Shown one piece after another: positions 47,151 to 56,286 of a stretch of DNA of 64,000 nt. A model generated the notes under the pieces. It did no database searches. It had not been told where the DNA came from and was given only the letters and a program-made list of their open reading frames with translations. The position numbers were made by a program, and so were the translations under genes. How positions within the stretch are numbered: the first letter of the stretch is position 1; every line of letters begins with the position of its first letter. The DNA is from Phycisphaerales bacterium (GTDB lineage Bacteria; Planctomycetota; Phycisphaerae; UBA1845): contig JACKHG010000011.1 of NCBI GenBank assembly GCA_020639115.1, forward strand, positions 17,364 through 81,363, read 5' to 3'.

Positions 47151-47178
47151 GAACGTGAGAAAGTGCGAAAGTGCGAAA
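47139..47178 (+). repeat. (GTGNGAAM)-type octamer tandem array, 5 units. The first units encode the last three codons and the stop of the hisA-IE fusion.
   Basis: Units are gtgagaaa gtgagaac gtgagaaa gtgcgaaa gtgcgaaa. The gene ends ...cga GTG AGA AAG TGA, the same 12 nt as at the hisB end. Confidence 0.9.
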
Positions 47179-47223
47179 GTGGGCGCGCCGGTGCGGGCGT
47201 AGAATGCTCGAGGCGGTTGGGAA

Positions 47224-47805
47224 TCAGGCTACGGGGGCGGCCATGGGGGTGGCCTGCTGCTCGCACAGTTCGTTGATCGAGTGCTGTACCATGCCGGCGA
47301 AGACGGGCAGGGCGACGGCGCCGATGATACCCCAGACATAGAAGCCGGCGGTCGTGAAGAAGGTGGCGGTCAGGCCGCAGGCGAAGAGGACGCCTACTGG
47401 AATCGCCAACCAGGACGGCGCCAGTTCGGGCAGGCCGGCGAACTGCCGCTGCTCGTTGATGCGCGCGCAGAGGCGGTGGAAGCTGAACGCGAACCAGTAA
47501 AGGTTGAACACGGGGATGAAGCAGAGCCCGAGGGCGACGGTCGCGGACGGATCGTCGCGGCGCAGCCGGGGCATGCGTTCGTGGAGCAGGTTGAGGTACA
47601 TCACGGAGAACGCGCCGGCGGTCAGGTAGTGCAGGAGCACGAGCGACGCGACGGGAAACGACGCGAGCAGGTGCCGCTGACCGGTGAGGGCCAGGTCGGT
47701 CGGCGCGATGAAGGACTTGCCGCACGCGGTGCAGCGGATGGTCCGGCCGGCGCAGGTGTCGTCCAGATCGTGCCATGCTCCGCAGTAGTTACACGCAGTC
47801 TTCAT
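47224..47805 (-). CDS. Zinc-ribbon (CNYCG...CTACG) membrane protein
   Basis: N-terminal C-x2-C...C-x2-C, then four hydrophobic helices. Confidence 0.6.
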   Translation of the reverse strand: MKTACNYCGAWHDLDDTCAGRTIRCTACGKSFIAPTDLALTGQRHLLASFPVASLVLLHYLTAGAFSVMYLNLLHERMPRLRRDDPSATVALGLCFIPVFNLYWFAFSFHRLCARINEQRQFAGLPELAPSWLAIPVGVLFACGLTATFFTTAGFYVWGIIGAVALPVFAGMVQHSINELCEQQATPMAAPVA

Positions 47806-47936
47806 CGCGAATCCTCACTTGGCCGGCTTGGCCGGCGTTGGCCTCGGTCCCGCCCTACACCTGCGTTATCGACGCGCGCCGGACGTGACCTTATCAGCGG
47901 ATGACCGGTTGGCCGGCGTCCGGTAAGATGTCGGGA

Positions 47937-48932
47937 ATGGCCATTATCGAGTTGCATGACCTGCACAAGACGTACCGCGTCCACCAGAAGAAGGAGGGGC
48001 TGCTCGCCTCGCTGACCGGGCTGGTGCGGCGCACGTACAAGACGGTGCGCGCGGTGGACGGCATCAGCGCGACGATCGAAGCCGGCGAGATGGTGGGTTT
48101 TCTCGGACCCAACGGGGCGGGCAAGACGACGACGCTGAAAATGCTGAGCGGGCTGATCTTCCCCACGAGCGGTGACGCGCGCGTGCTGGGGTATGTGCCC
48201 TGGGAGCGGCACAACGAGTACCGGCGGCAGTTTGCGCTGGTCATGGGGCAGAAGAACCAGCTCTGGTGGGACCTGCCGGCGGCGGACTCGTTCCGGTTGC
48301 ACCAGGAAATCTACGCGATTCCGGACGCGCAGTACCGCGCGACGCTGGGCGAGCTCACGGAGCTGCTGGGCGTGGGCGGACTGGTGTCCCAGCCGGTACG
48401 TGAGCTTTCGCTCGGCGAGCGGATGAAGATGGAGCTGATCGCCGCCCTGCTGCATTCCCCCAAGGTGCTGTTTCTCGACGAGCCGACGATCGGGCTGGAC
48501 GTGGTCTCACAGTCGAACATCCGGGCGTGCCTGCGCGAGTACAACCGCGACAAGGGCATCACTGTGCTGCTCACCAGCCACTACATGCAGGACGTGGAGG
48601 CGCTGTGCCGGCGCGTGGTGGTGATCAACCACGGCCGGCTGGTGTTCGACGGGCTGCTGAGCGAGATCCTCGAGCGGTTCAGCCGGCACAAGATCATCAA
48701 GCTCCGCTTCCATGACGGGCAGATGCCCGAGCGGTTCGACGCGTTCGGCGAGGTGCTCGAACTGTCACCGCCCACGGTGACGCTGAAGGTGGAGCGCGCC
48801 GAGGTCGCCCGGCTCACCGGGCGGATGCTCGCGGAGCACGCGGTGGATGACGTGGCTGTTGAGGAAATCCCGATTGAGGAGGTGATCGGGGAGGTCTTCA
48901 GCACGCCCGTACCGCAGGCCGAGCCGGCCTAG
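47937..48932 (+). CDS. ABC transporter ATP-binding protein
   Basis: This is the in-frame part of track ORF 47901..48932, starting at the ATG at 47937. Walker A is GPNGAGKTT, the signature is LSLGERMK, and Walker B is LFLDEPTIGLD. A C-terminal extra domain is present. Confidence 0.9.
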   Translation: MAIIELHDLHKTYRVHQKKEGLLASLTGLVRRTYKTVRAVDGISATIEAGEMVGFLGPNGAGKTTTLKMLSGLIFPTSGDARVLGYVPWERHNEYRRQFALVMGQKNQLWWDLPAADSFRLHQEIYAIPDAQYRATLGELTELLGVGGLVSQPVRELSLGERMKMELIAALLHSPKVLFLDEPTIGLDVVSQSNIRACLREYNRDKGITVLLTSHYMQDVEALCRRVVVINHGRLVFDGLLSEILERFSRHKIIKLRFHDGQMPERFDAFGEVLELSPPTVTLKVERAEVARLTGRMLAEHAVDDVAVEEIPIEEVIGEVFSTPVPQAEPA

Positions 48933-48965
48933 CAGCGCGCATACCTTGCAGACCCGGCGGCTGCG

Positions 48966-49187
48966 TCAATCGAAGATGTCGTCGAAGATATCCTCGATGT
49001 CGTCGCCGAGGTCATCCCAGTCATCATCCCAGCGGTCGCAGCAGTCATCGTCGTCGTAGTAGCGGATCAGGTCGCCGATGTCGCCGCGAACCGTGCGGTA
49101 GGCGTCGACGACGCACGAGGTGCCGAGCAGCGTCGGTCCCGCCAGAAGCATGCCCCACGTTGCCAGCCGGTTTGCTTGTCGTCCCAT
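48966..49187 (-). CDS. Tiny secreted or lipo-protein with an extremely acidic Asp-rich tail
   Basis: ATG at 49187 lies behind AAGGAGG. Signal-like ATWGMLLAGPTLLGTSC. The tail is YYDDDDCCDRWDDDWDDLGDDIEDIFDDIFD. Confidence 0.6.
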   Translation of the reverse strand: MGRQANRLATWGMLLAGPTLLGTSCVVDAYRTVRGDIGDLIRYYDDDDCCDRWDDDWDDLGDDIEDIFDDIFD

Positions 49188-49322
49188 GGTTGCCTCCTTC
49201 GCTGCGGGCGTCCGCGCCCGAGTTCCTCTACCAGTCAACATAGTTGACAGCGGTGAACCAATGAAGGTTAGGCAGGCAAATCCCGGAAGTCTAACCCATT
49301 AAATAACAGATAGTTAAGTGAT

Positions 49323-49595
49323 TCAGCGGGAATCGCCGCGCTGCAGCAGGTCCTGGATGTGCTTGGCCAGCAGGGCTGGATCGCGCTGGGTGACGACGTG
49401 CTCGATGACGGTCGGCGCGACCTTCAGGTTGGTCAGGGCCGTGCGGACGCGTTTCCAGAGGCGGTCCTGCTTCGTGGGGGTATCGGCGAGGTACAGCTCG
49501 CTCGCCAGCTCCTGCAGGCGCGTCACCATGATGGTGTCGCGGTGCGTGTAGTAGCGATCGATGATCTTACGCTGGTGCGGGGTGAAGTCGCCCAT
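49323..49595 (-). CDS. Hypothetical protein (90 aa, helical)
   Basis: Clean ORF with an ATG start and coding-like, non-shadow composition. I recognise no motif. Confidence 0.5.
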   Translation of the reverse strand: MGDFTPHQRKIIDRYYTHRDTIMVTRLQELASELYLADTPTKQDRLWKRVRTALTNLKVAPTVIEHVVTQRDPALLAKHIQDLLQRGDSR

Positions 49596-49680
49596 GGCGG
49601 GAGCATAGCACGCGACGCGGCGGCGGCAACCGCGCAGCCGTCCCGTCGGCGCGACGCATCCGGCGGGCTATGATGAAGGC

Positions 49681-50442
49681 ATGAAGACTGCAGGCTGGGT
49701 ACGGGCGGTTCTCGCGACGGCGCCGTGGGCGCTGCTGCTCGGCGTGGCGGGATGTGGCGACCTGCGCGTGCCGGACCCGAACGTGGTGTACATCGCCTTT
49801 GGCGACTCGGCGACGAAGGGGCCCGCGGACGACGACTATCCCGACCTGCTGCGGGCCCGGCTCGGGGTTGCGGCGAACACCTTCGCGAACGAGGGCGAGG
49901 GTGGTGACACCATCGCGGAGGGCGTGGACCGGCTGGCGAGCCTGCTGGACAGCGGTATTTATCCCAATGCCGAGGTGCTGCTGCTGTGGGAAGGCGGCGG
50001 GGACCTGATCGACTTCATCGGCGAGATCGATCCGTTCCTGCTCTGGTCGGTGAACGACAGCGATTACCCGTACCAGGACGAACTGGACGCGAAGCTCGAC
50101 GAGATCGGGGCGAACCTGGCGGATGCGATCGCGCGGGGTCGGGCGGCGGGCCTGGACGTGTACACCGCCACGTATTTCCCGATACTGGGCGGGTTTTCGG
50201 CGTGCCCGGGCCTGCCGTTCGACTTCATCATTCCCGGTCAGGCGGAGCGGGCCAACGAGTACCTCGCGCTGCTCAACGCGGAGATCCGCCGTAGGGTCAG
50301 CGCGAGCGGTGCGACGCTGGTCGACATCGGCCGCGACGCCGCGAACCTGGCGGACGACCGCGGCAACTACGAGAACTGCAATCATCTCAGCTCGGACGGC
50401 AACGCCCGCGTGGCCGAGCTCTTCTACGACGCGCTGCGCTGA
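49681..50442 (+). CDS. SGNH/GDSL-family hydrolase lipoprotein
   Basis: Signal and lipobox (LLLGVAGC). GDS block in VVYIAFGDSATKG. Later GGGD and GNxxN blocks. Confidence 0.7.
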   Translation: MKTAGWVRAVLATAPWALLLGVAGCGDLRVPDPNVVYIAFGDSATKGPADDDYPDLLRARLGVAANTFANEGEGGDTIAEGVDRLASLLDSGIYPNAEVLLLWEGGGDLIDFIGEIDPFLLWSVNDSDYPYQDELDAKLDEIGANLADAIARGRAAGLDVYTATYFPILGGFSACPGLPFDFIIPGQAERANEYLALLNAEIRRRVSASGATLVDIGRDAANLADDRGNYENCNHLSSDGNARVAELFYDALR

Positions 50443-50463
50443 ACGGGCCGGTTGCGCGAATTG

Positions 50464-50510
50464 AACCACGAAGACACCAAGACACGAAGAACGGCCATTT
50501 CTTTGTGGTT
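50464..50510. terminator. Hairpin (aaccacgaag ... ctttgtggtt) enclosing a (CACSAAGA)x3 octamer array, between convergent genes
   Basis: Octamers are cacgaaga caccaaga cacgaaga at 50467-50490. The 10-nt arms pair with one G-U. An inner ggcca/tggcc stem is also possible. Confidence 0.45.
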
Positions 50511-50524
50511 GGCCGCCGGGCGCT

Positions 50525-51736
50525 TCAGGCGTCGGGGGACTTGGTTATTTCTCTAATGAGGGATGTCGCGTAAGCGCCGGCGGGGAGGGAGAACTGCAGG
50601 CGCAGGTACTCGCCGGCCGCATCGTCGCCGGATTCGACCTTATGGTTCTCGAGCGGGACGCGCAGGGGGCGGCGGGCGCCGTCGAGGGTGATGCCGTCGG
50701 GTGAGCGGCGGGGAATCTCCGGCAGGCCGACCTCCGCGCAGATGGTCTGCTCGATTTCGGCGGGTGCGCCGGTCGGGGTGGACATCTTCGCGCCGGGAAT
50801 GGGGCCGGTTGGGGAAATCTCGAAGCGTGTGCAGCGCTCCTGTTCGGCGGCTGCGGTTTCCACCGAAAAGCAGGCACCGTTGGCGTGTTTCCAGGCGATG
50901 TCGCCGTCGCGCAGGCGATCCAGGACGGCGATCCGGCGGGCGAGTACGCCGTTGAACACCGCGCTTTGAGCGGCTGAGTAGAAAAGCGTGCGCAGACGCC
51001 GGTCGAGCGTCCGCCAGGCGGCGGGTCCGGCCTCGCGCTGGGCGACCACGTGGGTCCAGCGGGCCTCGTCGCGGCAGTGGGCGGGCCAGGCCCGAGCGCA
51101 TCCGGGCAGGCCGCCCGCGTCGTAGAGGGTGCGGGCGGTGTGCTCCGCGGGTGCATCACTCGCCTCAGGACGCCCGAGCAGCCAGGCGAAAGCGGCTGGG
51201 TAATCGCCGGCGAGTGCCGCCAGACCGACCTCGGCGTTGCGGTTGCGGCGTCCGAAGCGTTGCGGGCCGAAGTAGTTGGGCACGCCGCGGCGGGCGAGCA
51301 CGTCCAGGACGGCGGTGGCGATTTCGGCTGCTCCGGCGGAGCAGCCGCGCAGGCGGATATCGAAGCGGTTGCCGGCGAGATGGCCGATGCGCAGCTTGTT
51401 GGTGTGGCGCGTGACGTCGAGGATGCGCACGCCGTCGATCTGCAGCGCGAGGAGGCGTTGGGGGTCGACGTGTTCGATGCTGAGGCGCTGCCGCGTGACG
51501 CCCTGGGCGTCCTTCATGCCGGCGTAGCCGATGTCCGCGGGCTTGCGGCCGAGGGCGCGGGCGATGCGCTGGACGACAGCCGGCGTGGTCAGGCCGCGTT
51601 TTTCGATCGTCAGGTAGAGGTGCGTGCCGTCGCCGCAGGCGGCGTAGCGCGGGATTTCCTCAACGACGAAATCCTCCGGGGCGGACTTGATGACGCCGCC
51701 ACAGCCAGGTGATTCCGCGGTCAGGTACGGGAGCAT
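50525..51736 (-). CDS. truD: tRNA pseudouridine(13) synthase TruD
   Basis: GGVIKSAPEDFVVEEI at the N-terminus, then GMKDAQGVTRQ and PNYFGPQRFG. Confidence 0.85.
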   Translation of the reverse strand: MLPYLTAESPGCGGVIKSAPEDFVVEEIPRYAACGDGTHLYLTIEKRGLTTPAVVQRIARALGRKPADIGYAGMKDAQGVTRQRLSIEHVDPQRLLALQIDGVRILDVTRHTNKLRIGHLAGNRFDIRLRGCSAGAAEIATAVLDVLARRGVPNYFGPQRFGRRNRNAEVGLAALAGDYPAAFAWLLGRPEASDAPAEHTARTLYDAGGLPGCARAWPAHCRDEARWTHVVAQREAGPAAWRTLDRRLRTLFYSAAQSAVFNGVLARRIAVLDRLRDGDIAWKHANGACFSVETAAAEQERCTRFEISPTGPIPGAKMSTPTGAPAEIEQTICAEVGLPEIPRRSPDGITLDGARRPLRVPLENHKVESGDDAAGEYLRLQFSLPAGAYATSLIREITKSPDA

Positions 51737-51749
51737 CGCGCGCGGGCCC

Positions 51750-52667
51750 TCACGGCGCCTGGTGAAAATCCATGGGGGGCGGCGCCACGTGCGGGGCGCG
51801 GGCCGGAGCCAGTGCCGCAGCGGCTTCCATGATGTGCCGGTCGGCGAGTTCGCCGCGGCGGTGCAGGCGGCGCCGGGCGCGGCGGTTGAGCCGGGCGAGG
51901 AGCAGTGCCGCCGAGCCGTTGGGATCCTCGCGGACCACGGGCGACTCCGCGCCGCGGAGGAGTACGGAGCGGATGCGTTCGACCGATTCGGCGCGGTACT
52001 GCCGGACGAGATCGGGCGGAAGGTCCCAGCGGCTGTAGCGGTACCACAGGCGCGAGCACGTCTGCCAGTAGTCGCGGGTGTGAAACCGATTGATGCGATC
52101 GAAGAGCCGGCGGTTGAATCGATAGGGCAGAAGCGTTTCGGTCAGTTGCGCGGCGAGCACGCGGTGATGGTGTTCGTGGTCGGCGGCGAGGACTTCTTCC
52201 ATCAGCCGCCAGGTTTCTGTATCGACGAGAGCGTCGGCGCGCATCTCCCAGTAGAGATGGCCGAAGTTCATCGTCGTACGCGTCACGGTGATCTGGTGCG
52301 GAACGTATTTGTTGTGCGCGACGGTATCGGCTGCCAGGTGGGACAAATATCCGTAGGCGAAGGCCTGGTCGCGTTCGTTGTCGGCCTGCTCGAGGAAACG
52401 GAAGCCGGTGGACCAATGGTGACAGAACTGGCGGACGCGGCTCATGCGCTTGGCGAATACCACGTCGGCGGCGATGTTGCCGAAGATGTAGCTGACCATG
52501 CGGCGGGCCAGCATGGCGGCGAGGCCTGCGGGCAGCAGCGATGCTTCACCGAGCACATCGAGGGCGAGGCGGGCGTGCATCGCGGGCCCCCAGGCGTACG
52601 CATCGGCTGCCGAGAGGCAGACGCACGCGACGGCGAGCGTGATGATCACGGTCCAGCGTCGGGACAT
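51750..52667 (-). CDS. Zinc-dependent phospholipase C-like family protein, secreted
   Basis: This is the in-frame part of track ORF 51750..52850, starting at the ATG at 52667 (MSRRWTVIITLAVACVCLSAADAYAWGPAMH). The His/Asp pattern (HARLA, GNIAADV, LSHLAADTVAH) is typical of the family. Confidence 0.55.
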   Translation of the reverse strand: MSRRWTVIITLAVACVCLSAADAYAWGPAMHARLALDVLGEASLLPAGLAAMLARRMVSYIFGNIAADVVFAKRMSRVRQFCHHWSTGFRFLEQADNERDQAFAYGYLSHLAADTVAHNKYVPHQITVTRTTMNFGHLYWEMRADALVDTETWRLMEEVLAADHEHHHRVLAAQLTETLLPYRFNRRLFDRINRFHTRDYWQTCSRLWYRYSRWDLPPDLVRQYRAESVERIRSVLLRGAESPVVREDPNGSAALLLARLNRRARRRLHRRGELADRHIMEAAAALAPARAPHVAPPPMDFHQAP

Positions 52668-52897
52668 GAGGCGTTTCTCTCCGGAAGTCACAGCACGGGC
52701 GAGACCTGCGCCGCCGGTCGCGCCTGCGCCGCCTGCATTCAGGAGTATAGGCGGCGGGCCTCGCGGAAGTCGTCTCCTGACGGCTTTCGACACCGTCACG
52801 GGTGCGGCCCGCGTCGGGATTGACACGCCTACCCCCGCGGCTAGACTCATTAGGTTACACGCAACAGGGATCCATCGCCACGCTGGAGCGGTTACAC

Positions 52898-53254
52898 ATG
52901 GCTGAAGGCTCGTCGCACCTTTCGGTATTGAAGCGCGAATCCGTCGACGTCGTCTCGTTCAGCGACCGCAAGATCCTGGAGGAGCTTTCCATCCGGGAGA
53001 TCGAGGAGGAGCTGTTCGCGCTGGTGGGGGCCACGCCGGCCATCCAGTTGCTGCTCGATTTCTCGAACGTGGAGCATCTCTCGTCGGCGGCGCTGGGCAT
53101 GCTGATCAACCTGCAGAAGGAGGTCGGCAAGCAGAAGGGCCGGCTCAAGCTCGCGGACATCCGCCCGCAGATCTACGAGGTGTTCAAGATCACCCGCTTG
53201 ACCAAGATGTTCGAGATCCACGGCTCGGTGGACGAAGCGATGGCGAAGTTCTAG
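52898..53254 (+). CDS. STAS-domain anti-sigma-factor antagonist (RsbV/SpoIIAA-like)
   Basis: This is the in-frame part of track ORF 52802..53254, starting at the ATG at 52898. LLDFSNVEHLSSAALGMLI contains the conserved phosphorylatable Ser context. Confidence 0.8.
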   Translation: MAEGSSHLSVLKRESVDVVSFSDRKILEELSIREIEEELFALVGATPAIQLLLDFSNVEHLSSAALGMLINLQKEVGKQKGRLKLADIRPQIYEVFKITRLTKMFEIHGSVDEAMAKF

Positions 53255-53340
53255 AGCGGCGCGGCCCGAGCACGGTCCGGCGCAGCGTAGGGCGCCGCCA
53301 GGGCCCCACCGGTAGAGGCATACAGATCGCAAACCGCGCC

Positions 53341-53802
53341 ATGAACGTTGTCGATCCGCACAACGAAGCCACCTACCGAGTCATCGAAATCCCCAGCACG
53401 CTCGCCGACGCGAAGAAGCCGGAAGTGCACATCCTCGCGGAGGTGGAGCGCTGCGGATACGACGAGGACTCGAGCTTCGCCATCAAGCTGGCGCTCGAGG
53501 AGGCGATGACGAACGCGGTGCGCCACGGGAATTCCGGGGACGCCACCAAGCACGTCACGGTCCGCTATGCCGTCACGCCGGAGATGTGCGTGATCTGCGT
53601 GCGCGACGAGGGCCCGGGATTCGTCCCCGGCGAGATCCCCGACCCGACCGCGCCCGACCGCCTGTCGCTGCCGTGCGGACGCGGCATCATGCTCATGAAA
53701 GCTTACATGACCGACGTGGAGTACCGCGCGAACGGGCGCGAGGTGCGGATGGTCAAGCGCAACCCGCAGTACCGCCCCAAGCAGTCCACCCGGCGCAAGT
53801 AG
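53341..53802 (+). CDS. Anti-sigma regulatory factor, Ser/Thr kinase (RsbW/SpoIIAB-like HATPase)
   Basis: N-box EEAMTNAVRHG. G-boxes RDEGPGF and GRGIMLM. Confidence 0.8.
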   Translation: MNVVDPHNEATYRVIEIPSTLADAKKPEVHILAEVERCGYDEDSSFAIKLALEEAMTNAVRHGNSGDATKHVTVRYAVTPEMCVICVRDEGPGFVPGEIPDPTAPDRLSLPCGRGIMLMKAYMTDVEYRANGREVRMVKRNPQYRPKQSTRRK

Positions 53803-53861
53803 CTGGCCCGCGGCATACCGCGCCGCTACCCTCCCTGGAAATCCCGTGATTCGAGCACCTT

Positions 53862-54131
53862 ATGAAGCGATTTACCGTACATTTCTCCGGCAACGTGCAG
53901 GGCGTGGGGTTTCGCTACGTCACTTGCCGCGTTGCGGACCAGTTCGACGTCAGCGGGTACGTGCGCAACCTGGCGGACGGGCGCGTCGAGATGATCGCCG
54001 AGGGCGAGGAAGGCGAGTTGCGGCGGTTCGTCGGCGCGGTTGAGGAACAGATGGTCGGCCACATCCGCGAGCGGACGATCGAGCAGTCGCCGGCGAGCGG
54101 CGAGTTCGGCGCCTTTGGCGTCGCCTACTGA
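53862..54131 (+). CDS. acyP: Acylphosphatase
   Basis: VHFSGNVQGVGFRY and GYVRNLADGRVE signatures. 89 aa. Confidence 0.85.
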   Translation: MKRFTVHFSGNVQGVGFRYVTCRVADQFDVSGYVRNLADGRVEMIAEGEEGELRRFVGAVEEQMVGHIRERTIEQSPASGEFGAFGVAY

Positions 54132-55132
54132 TTGTCCGGCGTTGCCGAAGTTACCACGTCCGCGAGCAGGCGCGCGGGATCAAAGGGATTATCCAGCGCC
54201 GGTGCGTCGGCGGCGAGTTGCTCAGCCGCCCACCGCCCCACCGCGTACGACGAGGTCACGCCGTGTCCGCCCAATCCAGCGACGTGGAAGAGTTCCGGCC
54301 AGCGGGGATCGAAACCGATCACGAACTTGCGATCGGCGCTGAAGGTGCGCTGGCCGGTCCAGCTCATGCGCACGGCCACGCTGGCGAGCCGCGGCTGGCG
54401 CTTGGCGAGCAGGCGGGCAAGGCGTTCGTGGATGGAGAAATCCACTTGGTAGTCGCCGGCATCGCGGACCTGCTCATCGCAGGGGCACAGCAGGAGGCCT
54501 CCGCCTTCGGGGCGGAAATAGAGGCCGTGTTCGATGTCCCAGACCCACGGCCACGCGGCGTCGATTTCGGCCATGGGCGGCGTCAGCACGAGATGGCGAT
54601 TCAGTGGCGCGAGCGCGAGCCGGCCGAGCAGGCCAGCCCAGGGACCGGCTGCGTTGACCAAGCGTCGCGCCTGAAACTCCCCCTGGGAGGTGATGACGCG
54701 TACCCCCTGAGGCGTGGGATGCCAGGCTTCGACCCGCGTGCTGCAGCGCAGCGGGATGCCGCGCAGGTAGGTGTGAAGCAGGCCGGCGGGATCGGTCACG
54801 CCCTCCTGCGGGTACCATGAGCCGCGACCGGCTGCAAAGGGAAAATGCGCACTGACTTCGTCCTGTCCGGGGCCAATGAGGAAGCCGCCGGTGCGGCGGA
54901 AGTCGGCGAGACGGGCGGTGCGCAGTTCGGCGGCGCCGGCCGAGGCCAGCCGCTGCACGTCGGGGTCCTCGACCTGCTCGCGAACCATGGCGGCGTTGCG
55001 ACCGGAGGCGTGCTGCCCGCAGGCGGCTTCCTGCTCGAGGACAAGCACGTCCTCAACGCCGAGCCGGCGCAGATGATAGGCGGTGGCAGCCCCCGCCAGT
55101 CCGCCCCCCACGATGATGATATTCACCTGCAT
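54125..55132 (-). CDS. FAD-dependent oxidoreductase (DAO family)
   Basis: This is the in-frame part of track ORF 54125..55270, starting at the ATG at 55132. Dinucleotide fold is IIIVGGGLAGAATAYHL. Its 3' end overlaps the acyP 3' end by 7 nt in convergent orientation. Confidence 0.8.
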   Translation of the reverse strand: MQVNIIIVGGGLAGAATAYHLRRLGVEDVLVLEQEAACGQHASGRNAAMVREQVEDPDVQRLASAGAAELRTARLADFRRTGGFLIGPGQDEVSAHFPFAAGRGSWYPQEGVTDPAGLLHTYLRGIPLRCSTRVEAWHPTPQGVRVITSQGEFQARRLVNAAGPWAGLLGRLALAPLNRHLVLTPPMAEIDAAWPWVWDIEHGLYFRPEGGGLLLCPCDEQVRDAGDYQVDFSIHERLARLLAKRQPRLASVAVRMSWTGQRTFSADRKFVIGFDPRWPELFHVAGLGGHGVTSSYAVGRWAAEQLAADAPALDNPFDPARLLADVVTSATPDNQ

Positions 55133-55335
55133 ATGGGCACTCGTGGCACGCGCAGCGTGCCCTGCGTCGCAACGGTGCAGTTTATCGCGTGAACGCGAAG
55201 TCGCCAGAGCGGCAACGGGGGCCACGCGCCACGACTTGACGGCGCCGGGCCGCCGCCGCAACATCGGCACAGTCCCGCGCCGGCCCTGCCATTCATGCAG
55301 ACCGGCGGCATGCGGACGCCCCGAGCGAGCGCAGC

Positions 55336-55749
55336 ATGGCGAACGAACACGATGAAGAGGGCAGCACGGACTCGGTCGGGCCCATCGAGTCGCTCAGCGC
55401 CGTCACGCTGGTGACGGGGAACCTGCGCCGGGCGCTGGCGTTCTACACGGCGCTGGGTTTTCGACTACGCAGCGGGGATGAGTGCTCGCGCCTGGTGAGC
55501 TTTGCGGTGGGACCATCGTACCTGAACCTTCTCGCGGACGCGGATGCGGCGGCCCCCACGGGGTGGGGTCGCGTGATCATTTACGTCACGGATGTCGATG
55601 CATTCTACGCGCGGGTGCGGGCGCTGGGTTTCTCGCCGGAGGCGCCGCCGCGGGACGCGGCGTGGGGGGAGCGGTACTTTCACCTGCGCGATCCCGACGG
55701 GCACGAATTGAGTTTTGCCAAACCGCTCGATGGGCGTGGACGGGCCTAG
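55336..55749 (+). CDS. VOC/glyoxalase-bleomycin resistance family protein
   Basis: AVTLVTGNLRRALAFYTALGF and YFHLRDPDGHELSF. Confidence 0.75.
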   Translation: MANEHDEEGSTDSVGPIESLSAVTLVTGNLRRALAFYTALGFRLRSGDECSRLVSFAVGPSYLNLLADADAAAPTGWGRVIIYVTDVDAFYARVRALGFSPEAPPRDAAWGERYFHLRDPDGHELSFAKPLDGRGRA

Positions 55750-55764
55750 GCCGTACCGGGCGAC

Positions 55765-56286
55765 TCAGGCGATGGACTCGAGCGCCTGATCCGTATCCGC
55801 CTCCGACGTGCCGGGCACGGTCTTCTTCGCGTTCAGCGACAGGCCGACCATGATCTGCCCGGGCGACGTCGCAATGGGCACCGTCACCCAGGGCCGGAGC
55901 TTCTGAGGCATATCCCCAATGGGGCCCGTACTGCGGACGATGGGTGAGTCCAGTTCGACCCCGCCGAGGCGCTTGTCGCGGCGGGCGATCGAGACCATCA
56001 TACGGGCCATCTCGCAAAGCGCATTCTCCCGCGCGCTACCCGCGGAAAGCTGAGCGTCGGCGTCCACGAGTTCCTTGGCGATGGCATCCGCCGTGGTGTT
56101 GGCCATGTAGATGGCGAAAGCACCGGATTCATCACCCCGGACCGGGATGACGGCGACGACCCAGTTGGGTTCCTCACGCCAGGCGCGCAGAACCGTGGGG
56201 CGGCCGATGACCGAGTCGCTCCCCACCATCTTCTTGAAGACCCGCCGCAAGGCGTTCAGCATCGGAAGTATCAACGTTGTCTGCAA
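55765..56286 (-). CDS. Hypothetical protein, possibly CheX/CheC-like
   Basis: 173-aa ORF with coding-like composition. The resemblance to CheX is weak and based only on general pattern. Confidence 0.35.
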   Translation of the reverse strand: MQTTLILPMLNALRRVFKKMVGSDSVIGRPTVLRAWREEPNWVVAVIPVRGDESGAFAIYMANTTADAIAKELVDADAQLSAGSARENALCEMARMMVSIARRDKRLGGVELDSPIVRSTGPIGDMPQKLRPWVTVPIATSPGQIMVGLSLNAKKTVPGTSEADTDQALESIA

